Assembly (NCBI GenBank): GCA_964433075.1 | Contig: CAYSQK010000001.1 | Span: forward strand, 1-33,663 | DNA: 33,663 nt | Direction: 5' to 3' | Origin: an uncultured Dehalococcoidales bacterium | GTDB lineage: Bacteria; Chloroflexota; Dehalococcoidia; Dehalococcoidales; UBA2162 | Shown: positions 15,102 to 22,353 of the stretch, piece after piece | Layout: the number at the start of each line of letters is the position of its first letter | Position numbering within the stretch: the first letter of the stretch is position 1 | Notes under the pieces: generated by a model | Database searches by the model: none | What the model was told of the DNA's origin: nothing | The model's input: only the letters and a program-made list of their open reading frames with translations | Program-made: the position numbers and the translations under genes

Positions 15102-16442
15102 ATGGAAAAACCGTCAAACTGGTCAGAACTTACCTGGGAACAGAAAAGGGACATCAGGTTCAATGCCTGGCTGAACCCCGAAGGGGTGAAATTTGTCAAC
15201 GGTGAGGCCGAAGAGGTTTACAAGCAGCGGGTTACCCGTTTCATCAAAGCTTTCAAGCTCGAAGAACCCGACAGGGTGCCGGTGATGCTGCCGACCCATA
15301 CCTATCCTGCCTCGCACGGCGGGTTCAATTTTCACGGTATGATGTATGATTATGCCCGGACGAAGGAATGCTGGATAAAGTTCATGAATGATTTTGGCGA
15401 CATGGACTCCTTCAGCGGCCCGGGTCTGGTGCCTTCCGGGAAAATTTCAGAAGTGATGTGCTCGAAAAATCAGCTTCTCCCCGGACTCGGCCTCCCCGAA
15501 GATTCACCGACCAATCAGTATGTCGAAGGCGAATACATGAGCGCCGATGAGTATGACCTGCTGGCGCTCGATGAGTCCGATTTCAATGTCCGGTACCTGC
15601 TTCCCCGTACCACCGGACTGCTCGAACCGCTGAAGAAACTCCCTCCGCTGCGCAATCTACAGGGGACGACGCTCGTGGCGCTGCTCCGCGACCCGGAACT
15701 GCGGTCGATGGTGCAGAAATTGCTCGACCTCGGTGACGAGTACGACCGGTGGACGAAAGCCATGGGTGAAATTGCCGAAATCGTCATCTCCCGCGGTTAT
15801 CCTCCGCTCATGGGCGGCGGGTTCATGGCCGGAGCGCCGTACGATTTTGTAGCTGACATGCTGAGAGGAACCAAAGGTATCAGTCAGGATATGTTCCGCC
15901 GGCCGCAGAAAATCCATGATTTCATGGAGCGGCGGCTGAAAATGAACGTCGAAGCGGTCAAGGAAGCGCCGATTACCCGAAGCCCGATTGTCATGATGCC
16001 GCTCCATAAAGGCGATGACATGTTCATGTCGGACAAGCAGTTCGACGAATTCTACTGGACGACCCTTAAGGCAACGTTCATGGCGATGATTGACGAAGGT
16101 CTTGTCCCCATGCCGTTTGCCGAAGGCCGGTATACCCGACGGCTCAAGCAGATTACCGACACTCCTCCCAGCGGTGTTGCCTGGTATTTCGACCAGACCG
16201 ATATGGCACTGGCGAAACAGACACTGAAAGGCATCTGCTGTATCGCCGGGAATCTTCCATCGTCCAATATCATGACCGGCACGCCCGAACTGGTGAAAGC
16301 CAACTGCCGGAAACTCATCGAGACCTGCGCCCCCGGCGGAGGGTATATCCTCGCTGCCGGTGCCAGCGTCGAGAAAGGTGACATCAATAATCTCCACGCC
16401 ATGATGAACGCCGCCAAAGAGTACGGCACTTATAAGAAGTAA
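15102..16442 (+). CDS. Uroporphyrinogen-decarboxylase (URO-D)/MtaA-like family protein with N-terminal extension
   Basis: 446 aa. The EEPDRVPVM motif is at residues 54-62. The C-terminal GGGYILAAGASVEKGDINNLHAMMNAAKEYG is typical of URO-D/methylcobamide methyltransferase family ends. This call rests on pattern recognition only. Confidence 0.6.
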   Translation: MEKPSNWSELTWEQKRDIRFNAWLNPEGVKFVNGEAEEVYKQRVTRFIKAFKLEEPDRVPVMLPTHTYPASHGGFNFHGMMYDYARTKECWIKFMNDFGDMDSFSGPGLVPSGKISEVMCSKNQLLPGLGLPEDSPTNQYVEGEYMSADEYDLLALDESDFNVRYLLPRTTGLLEPLKKLPPLRNLQGTTLVALLRDPELRSMVQKLLDLGDEYDRWTKAMGEIAEIVISRGYPPLMGGGFMAGAPYDFVADMLRGTKGISQDMFRRPQKIHDFMERRLKMNVEAVKEAPITRSPIVMMPLHKGDDMFMSDKQFDEFYWTTLKATFMAMIDEGLVPMPFAEGRYTRRLKQITDTPPSGVAWYFDQTDMALAKQTLKGICCIAGNLPSSNIMTGTPELVKANCRKLIETCAPGGGYILAAGASVEKGDINNLHAMMNAAKEYGTYKK

Positions 16443-16462
16443 AGAAAAACGAAGAGTGAACG

Positions 16463-16495
16463 AAAAGAAGAGACCGAAAGGTCTCTTCTTTTTTT
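16463..16495. terminator. Bidirectional intrinsic terminator
   Basis: Stem GAAGAGACC (16467-16475) / GGTCTCTTC (16480-16488) with a GAAA loop, an A-run 5' and T7 3'. The T-run overlaps the stop codon of the convergent exonuclease gene. Confidence 0.8.
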
Positions 16496-16997
16496 ACGGC
16501 TGGTTTCCGGTAAGTATCTCTTTCAGCGTCTTGAGATTGACCACATCCTCAAGATTGTATTTGAGCAGGGTATCGAGAGCTTCGAGATCGCCGGAATAGA
16601 GATACCGGTTCCAGAGAACAATTGCCATTTTGCCGTCGACATTCGGCAGTTCGCGCCGGATACCGAGCTGCCGTTCAACGCTCTTCAAACCGCCGAAGAG
16701 TTTCCGGTTCCAGCACCGGAACATCAGGTCGCAGTGCTCGTGCATTTCCTCGAGATTGATACCGAGATGGTGATCGATGAAAGGAAGGTCGAACCGGTGC
16801 CCGTTATACGTGTAGATAGTATCGACTCCTTCCATGGTGGCGAGGACTTCGGTTCGCGTGATATCCTTTCCGACGAGCTGGACGGAGCGGGTCTCCATGC
16901 CCGAACAGAGATAGAAACCGATGACCGTAATATCGCTCCCGTGGGGAGACAGACCGGTAGTTTCTATATCGACATAGGCTTCGAGAGGATGATCCAC
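16494..16997 (-). CDS. Small RNase H-like-fold 3'-5' exonuclease family protein (YprB C-terminal-domain-like)
   Basis: 167 aa with a GTG start 7 nt after GGAG. Acidic motifs are YVDIETTGL, TYNGHRFDLPFI and YNLEDVVNL, in DEDD-like order. Confidence 0.65.
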   Translation of the reverse strand: MDHPLEAYVDIETTGLSPHGSDITVIGFYLCSGMETRSVQLVGKDITRTEVLATMEGVDTIYTYNGHRFDLPFIDHHLGINLEEMHEHCDLMFRCWNRKLFGGLKSVERQLGIRRELPNVDGKMAIVLWNRYLYSGDLEALDTLLKYNLEDVVNLKTLKEILTGNQP

Positions 16998-17133
16998 CAG
17001 GTAACTCCTGTGCAGGTATTACCTGATTATACACCAATCGGGAAAGGGCCGGGGTACCGCTCCCGTTCGTGTAATTGATTTTATCCGGATATTTCCCTAC
17101 ACTGCATAATAAACTGAATCCGGAGGTACCTGA

Positions 17134-18090
17134 ATGGAGGCATTGTGTGATATCGGGCCGCTGCCGATGGAGCGGACAAATTTGAAAAACAATACCCTTG
17201 CCGGCGAGGTGGCGGTGGTAACCGGCGGCGCCGGTAACATCGGCCTGGGAACCGCCCGGTGCCTTGCCTGGCTGGGGGCGAAGGTGGTTATTGCTGATAT
17301 CAATGATGAAAACGGGCAGGCGGCCGAAGTTCTGATAAATCAGGAAAACCGGCCCGGTACCGCTGTCTTTGTCAGGACAGATGTCTCTGATGAAGCTTCG
17401 ATGAAAGCACTGGCTGCACACGCTGAAGATACCTTCGGCAAGGTTGATATTCTTGTGAACAGTGCTATGAACATGTCGCTCGGGGCAAAGCTGCTCGAAA
17501 CTCCCGCTGATACCCTCGACCGGCAGTATCGGATTGCTGTTCGCGGCACCCTCCTCGGCATGCAGCAGTTCGTACCCGGTATGCTCAAGCGGCGACACGG
17601 TGTCTTGACCTACCTGACGACCGGATTCCGTTTCCCCGTCGGGCAGAGTAATTACTGTGCCGTGAAAACGGCCGCGACTTCGATGATGATGTCGCTGGCA
17701 GCTGAACTCGGCCCTGTCGAAGATACCGGTGTGGCGGTGTTTACCTTCCTTCCGGCAGGGGTAGGGTCGCCCCGCAGTAACGAACCCTCTCCTCCGGGAC
17801 AGGCGCAGCCGCGGATGCCGGGTATGCCCGGATACGAAGGCGTCATTCCGGCGGAAGACGGCGGCGCGGCGCTTGCCTATTGTATAACCCGGGCGAAAGA
17901 GATTCACAACTCGGGCGTGACGATATACCAGACGTTCCATGAAATGAAATGGCAGTTCCCGAAGCCCGAAACGGCACCGAATGCTGACTACATGCGCATA
18001 AAGGATTCGGTCATGTCGCTCGCCTTCGGTTACATGGGGACGGGATTCCCGAATCCGAAGGTATCCCTGCGGCCGATACACCTGAAATAA
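17134..18090 (+). CDS. SDR-family oxidoreductase
   Basis: 318 aa with RBS GGAGGT 6 nt before the ATG. It has VTGGAGNIGLG and the catalytic YCAVK. The 425-aa antisense ORF at 16804-18081 is a shadow of this gene. Confidence 0.8.
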   Translation: MEALCDIGPLPMERTNLKNNTLAGEVAVVTGGAGNIGLGTARCLAWLGAKVVIADINDENGQAAEVLINQENRPGTAVFVRTDVSDEASMKALAAHAEDTFGKVDILVNSAMNMSLGAKLLETPADTLDRQYRIAVRGTLLGMQQFVPGMLKRRHGVLTYLTTGFRFPVGQSNYCAVKTAATSMMMSLAAELGPVEDTGVAVFTFLPAGVGSPRSNEPSPPGQAQPRMPGMPGYEGVIPAEDGGAALAYCITRAKEIHNSGVTIYQTFHEMKWQFPKPETAPNADYMRIKDSVMSLAFGYMGTGFPNPKVSLRPIHLK

Positions 18091-18094
18091 TGGG

Positions 18095-18124
18095 AAAAGG
18101 GAAGCTGCCCAGCTTCCCTTTTTA
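18095..18124. terminator. Bidirectional intrinsic terminator between the SDR and the bicupin
   Basis: Stem GGGAAGCT (18099-18106) / AGCTTCCC (18111-18118), flanked by AAAA 5' and TTTTT 3'. Confidence 0.8.
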
Positions 18125-18145
18125 TAATTCTGTCCTGTTTTTTGT

Positions 18146-19033
18146 TTACCGGTCTTCCGGTTTTCCTTTGAATGCCCCGGTTGCCGATACTTCGAGGAAG
18201 ATAACCGGTTTCTGGATGTTATTGACGAGCATCGGGCAGTGTTTCAGGCCGGGAGGCATGGAGATGATGGTCGGAGTATTGAATTCCAGCGCTTCTCCTT
18301 CGTCACCGAGGTGGGTAACACCGGTAGCCCCGAGGTCCTTCGGATTGTTCGGGTCGCCGGACAAGAAGGCAAGTGTTTCGTGGAAGTCATGCCCGTGACT
18401 CATCCGGACGTCATAGGGGGTGACGACACAGTGGTATCCGAGAGAAATCCCGGCTTTGTATTCATCATGATGCGCCCATAACGACATGCCGGTCCAGCCG
18501 GGTTCGTAGTCGATGTAGATGGGGCCGCGTATCCGGTTCATCCAGAGTTTATTACCGTGCTTGGCGACGTCCCCGCCTTCAAGCATTTTTTTCATGTTGA
18601 ATTTGTCTTCTTCGGTGAGATTTGCATCCAGTTTGGCCTGGCGTTCTTTGGTATTGATTATTCTGAGGAGCACGTAAGGTTTTTCGTACTTGTTGGTCTT
18701 GATTGGTCCGTATTTCATACCGGGAGGAATGGTCATGACGGTGGGTTCCCTGATGATGAATTCTTCCTGCGCTTCTCCCAGCTTGAAGCTGATTTCCGCT
18801 CCGAAATCGAGGATGTTCGTCGGGTCACCGCCGACGAAGATGTACAGCTCGTGCGTTTCGGCGGTCCGGGTTTCGTTGAGATTAAGGCTGGCGTTGGTTA
18901 CCCAGATGTGTTCGTATATCAGACCCATATTGTCATCGTTGGTGTGTTTGAACATGGTGCCGCCGCCGAATTCCGGCGGTGCCGGGTAAAAGGGGTTCCG
19001 TATCATGTGTTTTTCGTATTTCTTTTCCGCCAT
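18146..19033 (-). CDS. Bicupin protein, same unrecognised family (paralogue C); C-terminal half has the intact metal motif
   Basis: The start chosen is ATG 19033, 6 nt after AAGGAG, giving MAEKKYEKHMIRN. This parallels paralogue A, MAGRQYEHLMTF. The C-half has HGHDFHETLAFLSGDPNNPKD...MPPGLKHCP. The N-half is degenerate (RTAETHELYIFVGGDP...IPPGMKYGP). Confidence 0.75.
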   Translation of the reverse strand: MAEKKYEKHMIRNPFYPAPPEFGGGTMFKHTNDDNMGLIYEHIWVTNASLNLNETRTAETHELYIFVGGDPTNILDFGAEISFKLGEAQEEFIIREPTVMTIPPGMKYGPIKTNKYEKPYVLLRIINTKERQAKLDANLTEEDKFNMKKMLEGGDVAKHGNKLWMNRIRGPIYIDYEPGWTGMSLWAHHDEYKAGISLGYHCVVTPYDVRMSHGHDFHETLAFLSGDPNNPKDLGATGVTHLGDEGEALEFNTPTIISMPPGLKHCPMLVNNIQKPVIFLEVSATGAFKGKPEDR

Positions 19034-19073
19034 CAGTCTCTCCTTATTTTTCATTCCGGTAATGGTTTATGAC

Positions 19074-19102
19074 ATACTACATCTCTTACGTTATTTTATC
19101 AA
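19074..19102 (-). promoter_or_regulatory. Putative promoter for bicupin C
   Basis: Reverse strand reads TTGATA (19102-19097), 17 nt, TAGTAT (19079-19074). Confidence 0.45.
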
Positions 19103-19201
19103 CTTCTTTTTATCATCCGGCGGCTGGCCGGTTGCCGGAAAAACCGGAACGTGCTAGAGTAGGAAGCAAAAAAATGGAAACCACTTACCGGAGGCGAAAT
19201 C

Positions 19202-19654
19202 ATGCCGGTCGACGATACGTTTCAGGTTGAAGTAGATATGCCCGGGGGAAAGCGGAATCTTGTCTTCGTTCTCAAATCGCAGGGTACCCTCCTGACCGGG
19301 TGCGTCGAAGGGCCTTTCGGCAGGTACCCTTTCCGAAGCGGTAATTTTTCACACAATAACTGCGACTGGGTTATCAACCTGAAATCAGGCGGTGAACCGG
19401 TTCCCGAACAATCTGCCGGAGGACACCGCGGAATTTTAAAAAGCGTCGGAATGGTTATCAGTGATTCCCTTTCCGGACCGCCGCTGGGAATGCCTTACTG
19501 GAGGAGAGGAATGCGGCCGAAAAAAGACCTGAAGGTTTCCTTCAGCGGCCGGATTAACGGCGATACCATTTTCGGCGAGATGACCTTTGGCGACTATGCC
19601 GTCGGTAAGTTTCGGGGCAGCCGGGTTCCTGTGTCTCCCTCGCCTCAGGCATAG
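19202..19654 (+). CDS. Hypothetical protein (small beta-rich domain of unknown function with a central insertion)
   Basis: 150 aa with RBS GGAGG 7 nt before the ATG. The ends (FQVEVDMPGGKRNLVFVLKSQGTLLTGCVEGPFG...; ...LKVSFSGRINGDTIFGEMTFGDYAVGKFRGSR) resemble a widespread uncharacterised roughly 100-aa protein type. Confidence 0.5.
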   Translation: MPVDDTFQVEVDMPGGKRNLVFVLKSQGTLLTGCVEGPFGRYPFRSGNFSHNNCDWVINLKSGGEPVPEQSAGGHRGILKSVGMVISDSLSGPPLGMPYWRRGMRPKKDLKVSFSGRINGDTIFGEMTFGDYAVGKFRGSRVPVSPSPQA

Positions 19655-19657
19655 TGT

Positions 19658-19685
19658 TTGAACAAATCCACGTTTCTGGTATAGA
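19658..19685 (+). promoter_or_regulatory. Putative extended -10 promoter for the cyclophilin-VOC-plsY unit
   Basis: TTGAAC (19658-19663), 16 nt, TGgTATAGA (-10 at 19680-19685). Confidence 0.4.
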
Positions 19686-19809
19686 ATGACCTCATATTAC
19701 AGGCGGTTCTTTTCAAAACGGGAGTTCCGCCTGTCCGGAAATAACGTACTGAAAGGAAAGGTACCGGTTGTCATATGAATACAGGGCTTTCGGTACCGGA
19801 AGGACATCG

Positions 19810-20295
19810 ATGAGTTACTCAAAACCCCCTGCGATGGTAATAGACAGCACAAAAGATTACACGGCAACAATCGAAACGGAGAAAGGTAACCTGGTGCTCG
19901 ATTTGTTTGCGAAGAACGTCCCGAAAACCGTCAATAATTTCGTCTTCCTTGCCAGGGAAGGGTATTACGACGGCGTTACCTTTCACCGGGTTATTCCCGG
20001 TTTCATGGCTCAGGGCGGTGACCCGACCGGCACCGGCGCCGGCGGACCGGGATACAAATTCGAAGATGAGTTCTCCGTGCATAAACACACTGAGGGCGCG
20101 ATTTCGATGGCCAATGCCGGCCCGAATACCAACGGTTCCCAGTTTTTCATTACGTATGCTCCCCAGCCTCACCTCGATAATCACCATTCTGTGTTCGGTC
20201 AGTTGATAAAGGGCATGGATGTTCTGAAGCAGTTAAAAAACGGCGACAGAATGATCAAAGTTACCGTCGAAGAAAGTGAACCGGAAGGCCGGTAG
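19810..20295 (+). CDS. ppiB: Cyclophilin-type peptidyl-prolyl cis-trans isomerase
   Basis: [30 protein letters not shown] and [17 protein letters not shown] chose the start at ATG 19810, 5 nt after GGAAGGA. The track ORF begins at TTG 19768. Confidence 0.9.
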   Translation: MSYSKPPAMVIDSTKDYTATIETEKGNLVLDLFAKNVPKTVNNFVFLAREGYYDGVTFHRVIPGFMAQGGDPTGTGAGGPGYKFEDEFSVHKHTEGAISMANAGPNTNGSQFFITYAPQPHLDNHHSVFGQLIKGMDVLKQLKNGDRMIKVTVEESEPEGR

Positions 20296-20320
20296 ACAAA
20301 ACGAAAAGGAGTTCGGAAAT

Positions 20321-20689
20321 ATGCCGAGTTACAAGTTCGACCACGTTCACCTGCGGAGTACCGAGCCTGATAAAACCGCCGAATTTTATGTGAAAATGTT
20401 CGGCGCCACGGTCGTCGGAAAAAACGACATGGGCGGCGGGAAAATCATGGTCAGTATGGAACTGAACGGGACGTCGATTCTGATTGCCCCCGCTGAAGAG
20501 GGGACGGTTCAGAACGGCCTCGACCACTTCGGGATAAGCACGGATAATCTTGAAACAGCCATCAGTGAATTGAAAGCTCAGGGAGTGACGTTCACTCAGG
20601 ATATGCGGGTTGTCAGCCCCACCTTCAGAATGTCGTTCCTGACCGCTCCCGAGAATGTGAAGATAGAATTACAGGAAGGAACGCTGTAG
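20321..20689 (+). CDS. VOC/glyoxalase-family protein
   Basis: 122 aa from ATG 20321, with AAAGGAG 9 nt upstream. It reads FDHVHLRSTEPDKTAEFY...LDHFGISTDNLETAISELKAQGV, a betaalphabetabetabeta module pattern. Confidence 0.75.
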   Translation: MPSYKFDHVHLRSTEPDKTAEFYVKMFGATVVGKNDMGGGKIMVSMELNGTSILIAPAEEGTVQNGLDHFGISTDNLETAISELKAQGVTFTQDMRVVSPTFRMSFLTAPENVKIELQEGTL

Positions 20690-20698
20690 CACGTCATC

Positions 20699-21328
20699 AT
20701 GAATGAAACAACCGGTGCAGTCATTGCGATAATCTGTGCGTATATTCTCGGTTCTATCCCGTTTCCCTACCTGGTGACCCGCTTTGTCAAAAAGGTGGAC
20801 ATCAGGGAAATCGGCAGCCATAACATGGGAGCCATGAATACCTTTTACCAGACAGGCTTCGCCTGGGGTCTGCTGGTACTGTTACTCGATATGGCGAAGG
20901 GTATCGGCGCGGTCCTCATCGCCCGGGCGCTTACCGACGGCCCGAACATCCCGCTTATCGCTGCCGGTGTCGCTGTTATCGGCCACATGTATCCGGTATT
21001 TTTAAAATTCAAGGGAGGGAAAGGCGGCGCAACCGTCGTGGGTATTTTCGTCATTACCATGTGGTGGGAGATGATACCCGTCGGCCTCGGTACCTTCGTT
21101 CTCATGCTGCTGCTGACCCGTTTCCCGACCTTCAGTTACGCCGTTGCTCTGATGACCGGCCCTCTTGTTGCCTGGCTCGGATTCGAAGACGGACGCCTGG
21201 TTATTGCAACGCTTATTCTCCTGGCGATGGTCCTCGCCAAGTATATCCCCAGGTTGAAGGAAATGCGTCTCAAAGGTGGTAACTGGCGGCGGGTTTTTGT
21301 CCGGAAAGGATTGAAAGACCGGCTGTAG
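20699..21328 (+). CDS. plsY: Acyl-phosphate:glycerol-3-phosphate acyltransferase PlsY
   Basis: 209-aa membrane protein with GSIPFPYLV, GSHNMGAMN and IGHMYPVFLKFKGGKGGAT, which are PlsY signature blocks. Confidence 0.9.
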   Translation: MNETTGAVIAIICAYILGSIPFPYLVTRFVKKVDIREIGSHNMGAMNTFYQTGFAWGLLVLLLDMAKGIGAVLIARALTDGPNIPLIAAGVAVIGHMYPVFLKFKGGKGGATVVGIFVITMWWEMIPVGLGTFVLMLLLTRFPTFSYAVALMTGPLVAWLGFEDGRLVIATLILLAMVLAKYIPRLKEMRLKGGNWRRVFVRKGLKDRL

Positions 21329-21344
21329 AATCAGGGTATGAACG

Positions 21345-21375
21345 AAAAAGGCCGGTTTTTACCAGCCTTTTTTTA
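21345..21375. terminator. Intrinsic terminator after plsY (usable in both directions)
   Basis: Stem GGCCGGT (21350-21356) / ACCAGCC (21361-21367) with one mismatch and a TTTT loop. T7 follows on the + strand and T5 on the - strand. Confidence 0.7.
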
Positions 21376-21534
21376 TGTGACCGCCCTTTCGGCGGAAGAC
21401 CTGTTCTCACCCGCTGAGAGCCCGAAAGACCTGTTGCTCTACCGGAAACAGGGTAATTCCCTGAAAAATCAATCCGGCTGCTATCCGGCTGTTCTGCGGC
21501 CGGAGAAGAGGTGTCGTTCGCGAGAGTCAGCCGA

Positions 21535-22236
21535 CTATAACTGCTGGGGAATTTTCACTCTGACGAATGCCTCGGCGTACTCGAACTCGGTTCCTTCCGC
21601 CTCTCTTTTTGCCTTGTCGAGAATGACCTGTTTTTCATGCTCCCATACCGGTATCTGCGTTTTGTGGCAGGCAACCGCCTTGAGTTTTAAATCGATGGTA
21701 CCGGTAATGTCGCAGCGGTAATTCGGGTCCTGGGGTGTCCACAGGAGAACTTCCTTTGTTTTGTGGACCACCAGACCTTCGTTCTGGAGGTCGGGGAACC
21801 AGTTGGGGGACAGGGCGTACGGCCAGACGGTATCGAGAACACATCTTCCGACAATCCGGTGGTCGCGGTTCGAAACGTAGGGCGAGTTATGCGGGTCGCG
21901 GGTAGCGATGATTTCAGGACGGTAGGTCAGAATCATCCTCAGCAGGTCTTTTCTGAATGCCGGGGTATCTTCGGTGCAGAGGTCGGGAACTTTCATGAAA
22001 ACCACTTCTCTGACTCCGAGAATTTCGGCGGATTTCAGCTGTTCTTTTTCCCGTTTTTTTGCCAGTGCTTCAGGTTTGACTGCCGGGTCGATGGCGCCTT
22101 TGTCACCATTGGTAACGATGACGAAAACAACATCTTTTCCTTCTTTGACCAATCTGGCGACGGTTCCGCCGATGGTCCCGTCCGCATCGTGTGGGTGAGG
22201 AGCGAATGCAAGCAGGTGTACCGGTTTGACTGCCAT
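21535..22236 (-). CDS. PIG-L/LmbE-family deacetylase
   Basis: 233 aa with RBS GGAGG 7 nt before the ATG. The N-terminal LAFAPHPHDADGTIGGT corresponds to the AHPDD-type zinc motif, followed by VTNGDKG. Confidence 0.8.
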   Translation of the reverse strand: MAVKPVHLLAFAPHPHDADGTIGGTVARLVKEGKDVVFVIVTNGDKGAIDPAVKPEALAKKREKEQLKSAEILGVREVVFMKVPDLCTEDTPAFRKDLLRMILTYRPEIIATRDPHNSPYVSNRDHRIVGRCVLDTVWPYALSPNWFPDLQNEGLVVHKTKEVLLWTPQDPNYRCDITGTIDLKLKAVACHKTQIPVWEHEKQVILDKAKREAEGTEFEYAEAFVRVKIPQQL

Positions 22237-22263
22237 AATCGAACCTCCTGATATTTTCCACGA

Positions 22264-22292
22264 ATTCTATACCAGTAAGAACAATAAATCAA
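22264..22292 (-). promoter_or_regulatory. Putative extended -10 promoter for the deacetylase gene
   Basis: Reverse strand reads TTGATT (22292-22287) then CTGGTATAGAAT (22275-22264). Confidence 0.4.
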
Positions 22293-22353
22293 TCCTGAGT
22301 GATAAAAACCGCGGGAGGAATGGTCAGGGCCCGGCGCGGGTAAAGGGTGATGG

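Noticed and set aside
21338-21721. A 127-aa + strand ORF starting just after plsY.
   Set aside because: It starts inside the plsY terminator hairpin, has no RBS, and gives a low-complexity translation. Its 3' half overlaps the well-supported PIG-L deacetylase gene on the other strand.
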